Assembly: GCA_951406725.2 (NCBI GenBank)
Contig: OX597817.1
Location: forward strand, 1,860,001-1,924,000
Direction: 5' to 3'
DNA: 64,000 nt
DNA from: Octopus vulgaris
Taxonomy: Eukaryota
Shown here: piece after piece, positions 39,452-54,172 of the stretch
How positions within the stretch are numbered: the first letter of the stretch is position 1
Layout of the letters: every line of letters begins with the position of its first letter
Notes under the pieces: model-generated
Told to the model about the DNA's origin: nothing
Database searches by the model: none
The model's input: the letters and a program-made list of their open reading frames with translations, nothing else
Translations under genes and position numbers: made by a program

Positions 39452-40518
39452 CGTCTAATGAAATATAATATTAAGGCTATGGATCGACAGAGACTTGAAG
39501 CGTAGCGGGTGGACATGTTTTAAAGTAGTTATATCAACTCTAAGTTCAAATTAAGTGCCAGTTGAACACTATGATCGATGTAATCGACTTACCTCTTCAC
39601 TGAAATTACTGGCCTTGTGTTAAAATTCGAAATCAATATATTTAATAATGTTTTCTAATATAGGCACAAGACCTGAAATTTGAGGGAAGAGGACCAGTCG
39701 ATTACATTGACCCCCAATACTTGACAGTTACTTATTTCATCTTCCCACTGCACCCCGAAGGTTAAAATGCAAAATCGACCACGGTAAGATTTGAACGTAG
39801 TATATAAAACAGGTGTACCTAAATACAGCTACAAAACATTTAGTCCGATGCGCTACCATTTCTACCACTTATCATTACTCTCGTTTAGAATAACACCACC
39901 TAACGAGGGAACCTATATGAGTGTTCGATTTGCTAGAAATAGTAGTTACTCTCCCTCAAATCACACTCGACCATTTTAAGCAAAATGGACGATTGATCTG
40001 CTAAAGTTAGTAACTAAATCTCCCTTAAGCTATATATACTCTTTGTCTTAAAAAAATAAACTATAGCCCAGGCTACATTATGTCTGAGTAAAAGACGTGA
40101 TGGTCAAGGATAGATAGCTTGAACATTTCCGATCACAGATCCAACAGATCAGAACAGGGGTCTAAGGCTGAAATTTAGATATAGGCATCGATGGTATTTG
40201 AACTCATATAGTATGATATTTAGCCAACCCTTTCCGTCGTTTTCAGCCAATTCGAAGCGAACCAACAAGGATAAAAACCCTTAAGTTCAAATTGCTTGAA
40301 AACACAACCATATTTCCTAGTCACGAAAATGCAAGGGTATTGAAAGATGTGTTCATAGATACGCTATTTCTGAAATGAGAAATGTGATGATCAGGGACGG
40401 TTGGGACTAAACAATAACGAAAAACAACTAACGCCACTGCATTGAGCCAGCGTGAGGGAGTCTTAAAAGATCACTCGATTTGCTTGAAATAACTGATAAG
40501 TCTCCTTGAGATTATACC

Positions 40519-40752
40519 TATTTCTTTACTACCCACAAGGGGCTAAACGCAGAGAGGACAAACAAGGACAGACAAACGCATTAAGTCTATTACATCGACC
40601 CCAGTGCGTAACTGGTACTTAATTTATCGACCCCGAAAGGATGAAAGGCAAAGTCGACCTCGGCGGAATTTGAACTCAGAACGTAGCGGTGGCAGACGAA
40701 ATCCCGGTGAGCATTTCGCCCGGCGTGCTAACGTTTCTGCCACCTCGCCGCC
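40519..40752 (-). mobile_element. SINE family B monomer
   Basis: Full copy. TSD TCCTTGAGAT(T/C)ATACC. Confidence 0.92.
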
Positions 40753-41144
40753 GTCCTTGAGATCATACCTCCCCATCATTAACAACGTAGGTCTCGTTAA
40801 ATGATACAGTCTTAAACAAAGGACCCATATAAAGAAACGGCGATGGTTACATCTAATCATAAGTTAGCTCGTTTGATTATTGGCCCAAGTTAAAGCCTAA
40901 TCTAGGACTAAACAATAGCAACTACTATCACTTTTCTCAAATAACGTGTATATATTCGCGTGGCCCTACCTGTCAATGTGTGTGTGCACGGACGAGTGTG
41001 TGCGTGTGTGTGTGAGTTTACAAAATGTCACGGTCTCGTGCGTATTTATGTAGGTAGTAGATCGTGGACGCATCAAGTTACCTGTTATATTTTTATTGCT
41101 TTTGAAATAAGTGAAGTGACACAAGTGATATACTTACACGCAAG

Positions 41145-41193
<49 letters not shown>

Positions 41194-41884
41194 TCTTTAA
41201 CTTAATTCAGTCCTCGGACAGTGGTTAAGCTTAAATACCACCTGAAGGGATTTAATCGAACGAAGCAATTCTAATAATAATTTTAAGTCTGGTATTTATC
41301 CTAGCGTTCTCTTTTTACCAAATCCTTAAGTTGCGGGGATATAAACAAAGCAGCCTCGGTTGCCAGGTGGGGGGGCGGAGTGATACACACACATACACAT
41401 GCGCGCGCGCGACGAGCTTCTACACAGTTTCCCGAATAGGTCGATTTGAAGCGTCGGGGCAAAAAACATGCTTTGCAGTAGTTATATCAACTCTAAGTTC
41501 AAATCTTGCAAAGTAGCAACTTGGCCTTTCCCACTCCTAGGGTCGACAAATTATTTAGCAGTCAAGTATTGATCCATCTCTGCCTTTCTCATTGGTGACT
41601 GCTTCTGTTGAGTTTAGAGCTCCATGCAGATACGAAGTTGTGTTTATTGTAATATATACACGCTTGTATATATTCTTTTCCTGGCTTTGATCATTGGACT
41701 TGTGTTTAGGACTACCAAATTCCTTCCACAAAACTACAAGTGCCCTGAAGCTATAAAGTGGAAGACACGAGCCTTAGTCACCGCATTGTAGGAACGAACT
41801 CGAGACCACGTAGTGATAAAGAGAATTTTGCATGCAACTATGTCTACAATCATCTCTGTATATAGTTATACAAAAGTCTGTTTC

Positions 41885-42095
41885 AATAATCCTTCCTAAA
41901 ATACGCAAAATTTTGGGGACGGGGGCTAGTCGATTACATCAATTCCAGTGCTTAACTGGTAGTTATTTCATCGACCGAAAGGATGAAAGGCAAAGTCGAC
42001 CTCGGCAGGATTTGAACTCAGGACGTAAAGCGGGCGAAATGCCACTGAGCATTTTCTCCGGCGTGCTAACGATTCTGCCAGCTTACCTACCGCCT
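41885..42095 (-). mobile_element. SINE family B (diverged)
   Basis: Core and head recognisable on the minus strand. Confidence 0.75.
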
Positions 42096-44836
42096 TATAG
42101 GTCAGTTTTAATAATGGATGATTGCAAAACAGCATACCATTTATATATATATATATATATATAAAAGAAAAGATGGGTGAGTGAGGTAGTGAAGATGTAA
42201 GCAAAGAAAATATTTTTCTTGAGAAATGCCAAGAGGCAACGCATTTTCGCTTTCTGATTGGAATTTTTTTCGAAATTTCATTTTAAATCTTATGCTAAGG
42301 CAAAAGGATGTTGTTCTATTGACCTTCGTGATATTCTAAGCGGAATTAGAGACCAAAATGAAATATAATATCACCTATCAAAAATCAAAACCGATTTTTA
42401 AATTCCAGATTCTTGACATACTGGAAAGAACATTTTAATGTTTGAGCTCCGGAATGAAATTATTGAATGAAAAAAGTTAGATCGAGAATGGAAGGGAAAT
42501 GGTGATGGATACAAAAATAATTTGTTTCTTTCGTGTCGGGGAAGTTGGAAGTAAGGTTAGAGATATTTGAGTTGAAATTGGCTAAGAGATTACTTTGGCT
42601 GTTTTATAATAAGGTCGATAAAATAACTAATTTTGCTGCAAAACCAGCAATTGAGGAAAGGAGTTAGTTGATATCATTAATCTCAGAACTTAACTGGCAC
42701 CTTATTTTATCAACTTCAGGGGAAGAAAAAGAAAAGTTGATCTGGGACTTGAACTTAAGACAAAAAATCGAAACAAATACTAGAAAACATTTTACCTAAC
42801 ACGCTGAATATTTTGATTCACCGCCTTTTAATAATTTTAACTTACGAACAAGACCAGTCATTTTGAGAGAAGGGACAAGTTGATGACATTGACCTCAATA
42901 TTTGAAAGAGTTAGCCTGTGACGGTCTGGCGTTCCGTCCAGGAGGTAAGTATATATACGCCACGAAAACCTGTAAATTGGCCCTTATGAGTCCATAAGAT
43001 GCTTTGTCCTTTATCCTTATTTTTCCCGACGTTTTACCTATTCTGCCAGTCAACCGCCCTGAAGTCAATATATAGGTATAATTGAGATTATCAATATAAT
43101 CTATATAATTTAGTCACCTGCCAACAGTTGGGGAGGTGACGAAGCTAAATTACTATTCACACTAACTAGCAACAAATGTAATATTTGTTATTAGAGATGC
43201 CAAAGAAACGGCAAGTTGTGAAGTTCAAGCTTTGCTTTGAAGCATTTATTTAACGGTGAAAATGAAGCGAAAGCACTTCAGCCAGAAATTGAAATGGTAT
43301 TCGTTAGCTGCAAGAGGCCTGAGTAGAATCATGGTCCTCTGGTTCATTGTTAGACATTGTTAGGCGCTGCTTTCCCTTACTGCTGTACAAGGCTCCCAAC
43401 AACATCAACAACATTGGCCAGCGAAGGAAATTCTAGATGGTTGTACACTCTGCAAGAAATAACAGTCAGATCTTCCCTAAAAAGGTACACTGGATACTGT
43501 GATGATGGAATGGTCACGGCTGGAATTCTTTTGACCCCTAAGTCTAATGAGTTTGAGCTAAATACTAACAACGCCACTGACATTTATTCCAAATACTCTT
43601 TTGTCAAATTCTTGACGTTACTAGTTCAGGTATATCTATGAATGAGCGTTCATTTGACCTCCTGTCGATCTCTTCTCAGAGGATCTACGGCCTGTACTAG
43701 ACAGGCCAAGTGGACAAAAGCAGAATTAAAAACAAAAGAAGACACAACACCTGTGGTGAAATTGAATTTACGAGCCATGCACAGGTAGTTCAATATATCT
43801 TAAATACTCAGCTATTTTGCTATCACATCAACATCAGATAGCTGACAGGTTTATGTGAGTGGGTAGATTAGGTGCATGAGCAGTAACATAAGTAGGCAGG
43901 TAGTTAGTTAACAAAGCATAGCTAGGTAAGTACGTAGGTAGCTGATTCTTTAAATAACCGCAAGGACTAAGACTTAGCGGTTTCTGTTACGTTAAGCTGA
44001 AGAGAGATAAATCTTTCCTAGGACAAGAGCATGGTCTGACGCAAGTAGCTTCTCCCCACTTCAGCACTGCAAACGAGAATATTGAAGTCTGTTCATTCAG
44101 AACAGTCTTTTGGTTATACAACAACGGTTTTGCAGCTTTTTACAGGAATTCACAGATAGTTTACTTACATTGTCTCTCGCACTGATACTAATAGCAACTG
44201 TATCGCATTCATTAGTTTTATAGCGTATCGGATAATCTAGTCTTACGTTCACTGCACCTGAAGATATGGAATTCCTTTTTCCATTGTTCTGCTCTTTATT
44301 AACCAAATGTTAAACAGTCATAACCCCTACAATTACGCTATGATAACGAGCTAAAACTAGATGCATTCGACCGTTGAGGGATAAACGTTAAAAGATAAGC
44401 GTTATATGATGTAACGACGGTGAGAGAACGAACCCCTGACTCTCCCTACTGGTTGCCTTAAACGAAATAAAAAGGGAAGATGTGTATGCAGTTGTATCAC
44501 GTGTGAAGGGAAGTGAGGTAAGAGACTGGAGATCGAAATTCTTAGAAAATGTTGAAGTTAAGTACCAGACATCCTGATTTCTTCGATTACCTGCCTTACC
44601 TTCTTCGATTACCTACCTTGAATCAAAACATACACAAAAATATCAGACACACAAGCAGCAGTTCCATGTCTGGCTCAAGTTTATAGAAAGTATCGGGTGA
44701 GCAGATATACAGGTAACGACTTTCTCTTTCTAGGCAAAATTTTCAGCTACCAAGGTATGAAGACCGAGGCTTCCAACATCAGACATGCGTATACGTATGT
44801 TATATATATTATTAGAAATATGTGTGTAGGGGTACG

Positions 44837-44896
<60 letters not shown>

Positions 44897-45080
44897 TGTG
44901 CAGACAGACAACGTTCCTTTAGAATAGAGTCGGAAATTAATTTTGAAGAGGGAATGTGTGTTTTCGATCATCATGGATAACAATTCTAAAAAAGAAAAAA
45001 AGAAAGGAAAAATGCGGGTGCATGGGTGAACTTTTTGACCTCCCCTCTTCCCTTTCGGGAATTTTCATCGGTTCTGAGTT

Positions 45081-45136
<56 letters not shown>

Positions 45137-45388
45137 CTTGAGATATGATTAATCAAAAATATGCGTTACTTTTTTAAAATCTAAATCTGCAAAATATTTT
45201 CGAAAAACAGCGAAAACTGAAAAATTACGGAAAACGGATGTAGGCTCCCCCAACCCCCGAATCGTAATCCTACGATACTTAAAACATATGCCCCCCACCC
45301 CCCAAAAAAATTATGGTTTTTAGCGAACTACATAATTTCCGTCCTCTATTCTATAGGAACGCCTTATATACATAAACGTGCGTGTGTG

Positions 45389-45482
<94 letters not shown>

Positions 45483-45839
45483 AATATATATATATATATG
45501 CACACACGTATACATCTGTGTATGTGTTTATCATGGACTCGTTTTTCGGTTTCGACAAATATGAGTATTCCTATAGCTCGGACAACAGAACCACATTCTT
45601 AATTACTTATAAAGGGTATCTGAATAGTCTATAGGTGCGAGTAAACTTTAAGGTAATCCACAAGCAAAATTAACGTGACACTGCTACAAAACTGAGCCCT
45701 CGAAACACACGCTCAATTCATCAGGTAAGCTTTCACAGTTTCCTTGGGGCACACCTATTCTGCGACAGGAGAAACTCATTCCAGACCGCTTGTTTATATG
45801 CCAAACGAACTAAACAATAATGGATAAGAGTCGACTTAC

Positions 45840-46515
45840 CTATACTGGCATGTATGCTCCTTACTGTATTACCGAAGGTTTCCTTTTGAAGTAGGCCATC
45901 CCTGTATCGCTCGTACAACTCCATCATATAGCGAGGAGGCCTCGTCAGTTCTTGGGAGTCCGTTAAGTAACGATTGTTCCTGTCATACTTCACCGAGAAC
46001 GACGATGAAGACGATGACGACGACGATGAAGACGAGGACGATGAGGAGGAAGAAGATGAAGAAGATGACGACACTGGCAGCGACAACGATGACAGCGGTG
46101 GGCCTTTGTAGCGATGTCTGGGACCCAGAAGAATCTTCATCGACTCTTTCAACATAGCAGTGTGAAGGTCGGCGTGGTGAGCATAAAAGTTGCGCTCCGA
46201 CGGAAAATCTTCCACGTCGTTGCTATTGTTGTTGCTGTTGTTGTTGCTGTTGTTGTTGTTGTTGTCATTGCTATCGTCATCGTCGCTATTATTGTTATCG
46301 TTAATGCTTTCCATGTCATCGTCGTCGTTGCTGTTGTCATCGTGAAGATGCTGATGGTGCTGATGCTGCTGGTTATGATTATGTTTATGCTGCTGATGAG
46401 GGTGATGATGTGGATGATGGATCCGACACAGTCCACCTTTAATTAATAGCGACCAGCTGGTCAGTAAGACCAAAGTGACGAAAGGGGCCCACAGCTGCGA
46501 TTTCGTGGTCCTCAT
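45840..46515 (-). CDS. BMP3: First coding exon of a TGF-beta superfamily ligand precursor (signal peptide plus N-terminal propeptide), most like BMP3/GDF10
   Basis: ATG at 46515 and hydrophobic signal peptide MRTTKSQLWAPFVTLVLLTSWSLLIKGGLC. Propeptide motif RPPRYMMELYERY...GNTVRSIHASI (cf. GDF10 LYEKY...GNTVRSFRARL, from memory). Consensus phase-1 donor G|GTAAGT at 45840/45839, where BMP genes typically have a propeptide intron. The family call is strong; the BMP3 symbol is tentative because the mature domain is outside the window. Confidence 0.85.
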
Positions 46516-47188
46516 TGTTGAAGTATGCGCGTCCTTGTGGTAGAAACAACAAAAATCCGAGGGCGCGCAGTATATTTCTGTGTATGTGTGTGTGTGTGAG
46601 TGTATATATATTAGTAATATATATATTATATTTGTCTATATGCGTATATTTTTCTGCATGCGTATATTTGCAGCTATGTATATAAATACGACTGCGTGTT
46701 TACTTATATCTGCGTGAATGTGTATGAATGAATCGATTCATAAGTGTAATTAGACATTACACAAGTAAGAACAAGTTAATCTCTTCACGGAATCCACGGC
46801 TCCATAGGACCGGCAGTGAACTTGGATTGTTGCAGAGATGGAGTGGAGGATGGCAAACGAAGCTGCTCCTGGAGAACATACATATACATACATGTGAGTG
46901 AGTGAGTGTGTGTGTGTGTATATTTATATATATAGCCGCACGCGATCAAACACAGTCCGACACACACGCACGCACCTGCTTTAGCACAGACCTTAACTGA
47001 ATGAAGTGGCGATCGTTGACTGATGGTGGTGGTGGTGGTGGTGGTGGCAGAGCTGGCGGCTGTGAAAGTGGCGGTGGGGTTGGGAGGAGGAAAAAAAGGG
47101 TAAGAGAGAGAGAGAGAGAGAGAAGGAAGGAAGAAAAAAGGGGTTGAAAGGTGGGTGTGATAGAAACTTTTAAAGCCTGTCGCTGTTG

Positions 47189-47220
<32 letters not shown>

Positions 47221-48107
47221 GGTTAGCTAGTGCGTGGTAGTTTGGGGTTTTTGTTGTTGGACGACGATGATGATGATGATGTTGTTGTTGTTGTTGACTT
47301 CAGTTGTTGTTGTTGTTGTTACTATTGCTGATGTTTGCTGTTTGATTGATGTGTGTTGACTGACAAGTCGTTTTGAATGTTTCCAATGTGATGACGGCAG
47401 CAGCAGCAGCAGCAGCAGCAGGTGCCGAGGTAGCAGTGGGAGTAAGAGTAGTCGTAGCGGTGATGGAGGTGGTGGTGGTGGTGGTGATAATAGTAGTAGT
47501 AGTAGTGCAAATAGTAGTGGTGGTAGTAGTAGTAGTAGCAGCTTGTGCTGAAGTTGTTTAGGCCCCACCCCAAGAAAGCACCGATCGAGAAAGAAAAACC
47601 ACGATGAAAAACATTCCAGCCGTGAACATCCCGTCTTTTATTTCTTAGACGTAATTTTCCCGGCTGGATTACATTGCCCAAACGTGTCCTTCCTTTTTCT
47701 GAGACAGCACTGTGTTTTACAGAGATTTGGTTACCACTTCTAGCAGACTGACCGACCACGCATAGGCTCTCCTCGTTGGCTGATGTTGGCGATGGCGACG
47801 CTAGTTGTTGCTGTTGTTGTATAGCAGAAAGTCAGCCCTGATCGAGCCTACCTCTTACCGTAGGCGGTCCAACCGTGTCTTTCTCATCTTTTTTTTAAAA
47901 TTTTTTTTATTTGCATGGAAGCCAGGATCACATTACCTAACGTATCCTTTTTCGAAAACGTTAAGGTGTGAGCTGGATGAGATTTGGCTGCTAGTTCTAG
48001 CAGATTGGGTGAACACACAGAGGTGTGTATGACAGTGGTAATAGTGCGTGAATGAAGGCGAGTAGTAGTAGTAGTAGTTTGATGTTGATAGTGTACCGGG
48101 TCCTTAA

Positions 48108-48507
48108 GGCGGCGAGCTGGTAGAAACGTTAGCACGCCGGGCGAAATGCGTAGCCGTATTTCGTCTACCGTTACGTTCTGGGTTCAAATTCCGCCGAGGT
48201 CGACTTTGACTTTCATCCTTTCGGGGTCGATAAATTAAGTACCAGTTACGCACTGGGTCGATATAATTAACTTAATCCGTTTGTCTGTCCTTGTTTGTCC
48301 TCTCTGTGTTTAGCCCCTTGTGGGTAGTAAAGAAATAGGTATTTCGTCTGCCGTTACGTTCTGAGTTCAAATTCCGCCGAGGTCGACTCTATCTTTCATC
48401 TTTTCGGGGTCGATAAATTAAGTACCAGTTGCGTACTGGGGTCGATCTAATTGACTAGCGCCCTCCCCCAAAATTTCGTGCCTTGTGCCTAGAGTATAAA
48501 AGGATAT
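48108..48507 (+). mobile_element. SINE family B dimer (tail-1 unit plus tail-2 unit)
   Basis: Two cores. Flanking direct repeat ACCGGGTCC(C)TT. Confidence 0.9.
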
Positions 48508-48535
48508 TGAACCGGGTCCCTTCACACTGGTTTAG

Positions 48536-48740
48536 AGGTGAGTTCGCAGAATCGTTAGCGCGCCGGTCGAAATGCTTAGCTGCGCTTCGTCCGTCTTTAT
48601 GTTCCGAGTTCAAATTCCATCGAAGTCGACTTTGCCTTTCATCCTTCGGGGTCGATAAATTAAGTACCAGTCAAGTATTGGAGTTGAGGTGATCGACTAT
48701 TCACCTCCCCAGAAATCCCAAGCCTTTAGTAGAAAGGATT
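48536..48740 (+). mobile_element. SINE family B (older copy)
   Basis: Diverged head, intact core. Confidence 0.8.
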
Positions 48741-48862
48741 ATTATTATTAATATATAAAACCCCACACTTTATGCCTGCCTTTATATTGTCCCTCTTGTC
48801 CTTGTGGCAAATAAATTAAATCATCATCATCATCATTATTATTATTATTATCATTACTATTA

Positions 48863-48927
<65 letters not shown>

Positions 48928-49204
48928 TATTATTATCTACTTATGTTTTGTACACTATTATTACGGCTAATAGACTAAGTAACTGACTCGTGGTGGTGGT
49001 AGAAGGCAGAATCGGAAGAGCGTCAGCGAAATCCCTGTTTCTTTGTAGTGCAATACGTTTACGTTCTGAGTTCAAGTTTCGCCGACGTCTCTTTCACTTT
49101 CATCTTTCTGTAGGTTGATAAAAATCAGTACCGCCAGGCCTATTACTTTTGATGTCGGGGATAGGGGGTATTATTAATCTTAGAGTAAGGGGACGATATA
49201 TCTT

Positions 49205-49592
49205 TTTCTTTTAAATGTTCCAGTCATTAGATTAGACTGCGGCCATGCTGGAGCATCTCCTTGAAGAATTTTTAGTCGAATGAATCGACCCCAGTATTTT
49301 TTTTAAAGCCTGGTACTTATTCTACCGAGATCTTTTACCGAACCGCTAAGTTACGGGGACGTAAACACACCAACACCGGCTGTCAAGGGGTGGTGGAGAC
49401 GGAGATGCAAAGACACACACACACACACACACATATATACGACGGGCTTCTTTCAGTTTCCGTCTACTAGATACATTCATAAGGCTTCGGTTGGTTCAAA
49501 GCTATAGTAGAATGCACTTGCCAAAGGTGTCACGCAGAGGGACTGAACCCCAAATCAAGTGGTTCGGAAGCAAGCTTCCTACCACACAGCCC
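49205..49592 (-). mobile_element. SINE family A (diverged)
   Basis: Reverse-complement match along its whole length. Confidence 0.85.
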
Positions 49593-49597
49593 CGATC

Positions 49598-49713
<116 letters not shown>

Positions 49714-49856
49714 ATTATGCAGAAACACTCGGTTGGGGTAGTAGGGAGAGTTGTAAACTTTTCGGGAGTGACTAAACAACCCTTGTCTTTCACCTCGTTG
49801 TCCCTATAGCTCTGAATACCACTCAAGTAATAAAGTCGATGTACTCCAACTGTGTG

Positions 49857-50130
49857 AAGGCCCGTGGGTAAGTTATTCGGCTCACAACTGTAAGGTCGTA
49901 AGTTCAATTACCGGCGACGCGTTGTGTCCTTGAGCAAGACACTTTATTTCACGTTGCCCCAGTCCACTCAGTTGGCAAAAATGAGTTGTACCTGTATTTC
50001 AAAGGGTCAGCCTTGTCACATTCTTTTTTTTTTAGTCTGAACCTCCCTGAGAACTACGTTAAAAGCAAGCGTTGATTCCACGAGCTGGCTGTTCCGTTGA
50101 ATGCATCAACTTGAACCCTCGTCGTCGCCA
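49857..50130 (+). mobile_element. CORE-like tRNA SINE (family C)
   Basis: B-box AGTTCAATTACC followed by GTGTCCTTGAGCAAGACACTTTATTTCACGTTGCCCCAGTCCACTCAG. Its 3' part recurs inverted at ~60316-60408. Confidence 0.75.
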
Positions 50131-50650
50131 GTTTAAGTTTAAATCCAAGACTATATTTATTCTTCAAAATTGTGGAGTAGAAATTAGAAAGATGGAAATT
50201 CTTGAGCGTCACACCAAAATGCTATGCTTGGCGATGTTAAATTCTAACACCTTCACCTTCTGAGTTCAGCTACCGCCGAGATCAGATTTATCTTAAATCC
50301 TTCTAAGGTCGAAAACATAAATTGCTAGTGAAGACTTCTGTCTCTTTTTGTTTTTAGTGTGTCATTTACTTGTTTCAGTTATTGGACTGCGGCCATGCTG
50401 GAGCACTGTCTTGAACGGTTTAGTCAAAGAGAATTTACCCCAGTACTTATTTGATCTTAAAACCTGGCACTTATTCCATCGTTTTCTTTTGTCAAACCGC
50501 TGCTAAGTACCAGGACGTAAACAAACCAACAGCAGTTGTCAAACCATGGTGGAGAATTATTAAATTAACTTTAGGTTCCTCTCACGACGGTGACAACAAC
50601 AACAACAATAACACGGCGTCGACGATACCAACAATAACAACAACAACAAA

Positions 50651-50955
50651 GGCGCAATGGCCCAGTGGTTAAGGCAGCGAACTTGCGGTCGGAGGATCGC
50701 GGTTTCGATTCCCAGACCGGGCGTTGTGTTTGTTTAGGGCGAAAACACCTAAAAGCTGCACGAGGCTCCGGCAGGGGGTGGTGACAACCCCTGTTGTACT
50801 CATTCGTCCCAACTTTCTCTCACTCTCTCTTCCTGTTTCTTGAGTAACGCTGCGACGGACTGGCATCCTGTCCAGCTGGGGGGAACACATACGCCACAGA
50901 AACCGGGAAACCGGGTCCATGAGCCTGGTTAGGCTTTAAAAGGGCGCATAAATAA
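50651..50955 (+). mobile_element. tRNA-derived SINE (family D, Arg-like head)
   Basis: A-box TGGCCCAGTGG, B-box GTTTCGATTCCC, 3' CTGCGACGGACTGGCATCCTGTCCAG...GCCACAGAAACCGGG and an AAT tail. Inserted in an (AAC)n tract. Confidence 0.85.
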
Positions 50956-51354
50956 TACAATAACAACAACAACGATAATGAGAGCAGAGTCTATAATAAC
51001 AAAGAAAACTACTATTAATGCATAACGGTAGTTTCTTATTGTGGTACCAACCTGCAGTTCAATATTCACATTAGTAATTGACAAATACATAATCAGACAG
51101 GATAGATCTTAAGCTGCAAAATTAGCAGCCAAAAACTCCCTCAAGTTACACGTACTGTCTCAAGTAAGATTAAACAAGCAGAGAAACAAACATAAGACCA
51201 AATTAAACAGTGCAGTCTTAGATAAACTGTCTGAAAAGTCAGGTCGTTCAGAACTGAGCTGGCGACACGAATGAAAGCAAAGACAACTCAAGATGGCAGA
51301 AATTATTAATTTCTTTATTATTCCAGAAGAGTTACGGAAACATGATACATGCTT

Positions 51355-51537
51355 TTTTTTATTTGTTTCAGTCATTTGATTGCGGCCATGCTGGAGCACC
51401 GCCTTTAATCGAGCAACTCGACCCCGGGACTTATTCTTTGTGAGCCAGTACTTATTCTATCGGTCTCTTTTTGCCGAACCGCTAAGTGACGGGGACATAA
51501 ACACACCAGCATCGGTTGTCAGGCAATGCTAGGGGGA

Positions 51538-51616
<79 letters not shown>

Positions 51617-52032
51617 CATACATATATACGACGGGCTTCTTTCACTTTCCGTCTACCAGATCCATTCACAAGGCTTTAGTAGAAGACACTTGCCCAAGGT
51701 GCCACGCAGTGGGACTGAACCCGGAACTATGTGGTTGGTTAGCAAGCTACTTACCACACAGCCACTCCTGCGCCTATGGGTATATACTTTTTTTTTTACG
51801 ATCCTTTTGATCGAAAACCTACCCCTTTTTTTTCTCTCCCCAAATATATATATATATATACATATATACGACGGGCTTCTTTCAGTTTCCGTCTACCAGA
51901 TCCACTCACAAGGCTTTGGTCGGCCCGAGGCTATATTAGAAGACACTTGCCCAAGATGCCACGCAGTGGGACTGAACCCGGAACCATGTGGTTGGTAAGC
52001 AAGCTACTTACCACACAGCCACTCCTGCGCCT
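51355..52032 (-). mobile_element. SINE family A with a tandemly duplicated 5' half (51355-51773 and 51857-52032)
   Basis: Both copies are followed by the same flank GCGCCTATGGGTATATAC, which indicates a local duplication. Confidence 0.88.
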
Positions 52033-52458
52033 ATGGGTATATACAATAGCATAGTTTAAGTATAATGTTACACACACATACACATATTTTACTTTATACT
52101 TGTTTCAGTCATTGGACAGCGGCCATGCTGGGGCACTGCACTGAAGATTTAGTTGAAAAAGACCGACCCTGATACTTGCTATTTTTTAGGATCTGATATT
52201 TATTCTATTATCTCTCTTTTGCCAAACCACTAGGTTAGGGGGACGTAAACAAGCCAGAACCGGTTATCAACTGGTAAGGGGAGAAACAATCTCTCTCTCT
52301 CACACACACAACGAGCTTCCACACAGTTTCCGTCTGCCAAATTCACTCACAAGGCCCGGGGCTATAATAGAACATATTTGCCCAAAGTGTTGTGCTGAAC
52401 CCGAAATCACGTGATTGCAAAGTGTGCTTCTTTTTCAAATAGCCATGCCAGTGCTTAT

Positions 52459-52500
<42 letters not shown>

Positions 52501-52625
52501 ACACTTGTAGATACATACATACACCACTGGGAGATTTATACTAATTAACAAATAGAAGACGAATACATATAAACGTACATACATACATGCATACATATAG
52601 TAATGGATGTGCTTGTAATGGTAGC

Positions 52626-52677
<52 letters not shown>

Positions 52678-52817
52678 GTGTTTCTTTATTAGCCACACAA
52701 GGCTGAACACAGAGGGGACAAGTTACAAAGTAGAGCTTTTCTTTTTGGGGAGAGAAAAAAAAAGGGGTAGGTTTTCGATCAAAAGGGATCGTAAAAGAAA
52801 AAAGATTGATAGATAGC

Positions 52818-52917
<100 letters not shown>

Positions 52918-53350
52918 CAGACAGACGAGCAGGTATGCAGCGAAGAAGAAAAGCTGTGTTGTTCGGCTGAAGAAAAGGTAACAAATGAAACGATATCATT
53001 ATCCCTAATTGTAAACTTGTAATGATTAAAAGTGGGGGAAATAAAACCAAAACGTGCTCGCTATTATTTTCTCTCCTTCTCTCTCTTTCTAATTTTCTTT
53101 CGCTTCTCTTTCCTGCATTTCTCTCTGCACACCTCATCCACCATCCTCCACACATTACTCCATTCTCTCATGTTTGCCCTTTTATCTAATCTTTTTTTTA
53201 TTTCTAAAACTTATGCTTCACTTCTCAAATCCCTTCGACTTGTTTACTAACGTCGGAGGTTTACTTGGCATTCGAGGAAAGCTGTCTGTTTAGGTTATTA
53301 CCATCTTTTTCTTAAAAAAAATTAATAAACTTACGATTTATTATTAAATT

Positions 53351-53392
<42 letters not shown>

Positions 53393-54172
53393 CAGTAGCA
53401 GCAGCAGTAGTAGCAGCAGCAGCAGCAGCTGTAGGTTTCTTTTGTATGTTGTCACGGTAGATGCAGTTTTGACTTTCCTCATTTCTTAAAGGGTGGCGTG
53501 TGTACGTTTGTTTTTACATTTAAGTATCTCACTCTAAAACAAAACATTTAAATTCTTCCCATTAAGAAGGAGATGATTTCAAGTAAACACACTAAAAAAA
53601 AGAAGGAAAAAATATAGAGAAACAAAGCTCTCTCGCTACAATTTAGAAGATATAACAAACATTGTATGCTGAAAAGAGAAGTCTTGCGTATATAATTTTT
53701 AATTGCTTGTCTTGCGGATTATACATGCGAAGTGCGTATTAGCTGGACACTTCCTTAGCCTTGAAAACTCTCTCAGTAATTATAAGTCTAAATGTGAATT
53801 TATAATGTTAGTTGAGATGTTTAAGTTTCGAAGTTGTCCGTAGACTTTCTCTTTTGTCAATGATTTTGGAAGAAATGTTTACCTGTGATTCTACCTGACT
53901 TTTCATTTTTGTCCCAAATATTATCAAGCCTCATATGTTTACGTACATACATGCATGCATGCACACATACATACATACATACATACATACATACATACAT
54001 ACATACATACGTACGTACATACATACATACATACATACATACATACATACATACATACATACATACATACATACATACATACATACGTACGTACGTACGT
54101 ACGTACATACATACATAGACATGTATATATGTGCGTGAAAGTGTATATGTATATATATTTACGTAAGTTGGA

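Noticed and set aside
45733-45839. C-terminal ~35 aa of the listed 260-aa ORF
   Set aside because: It reads through a consensus GTAAGT donor into the intron, and family similarity ends at the donor.
50651-50725. Possible tRNA-Arg gene
   Set aside because: The acceptor stem is not intact and the sequence continues into a SINE body and tail.
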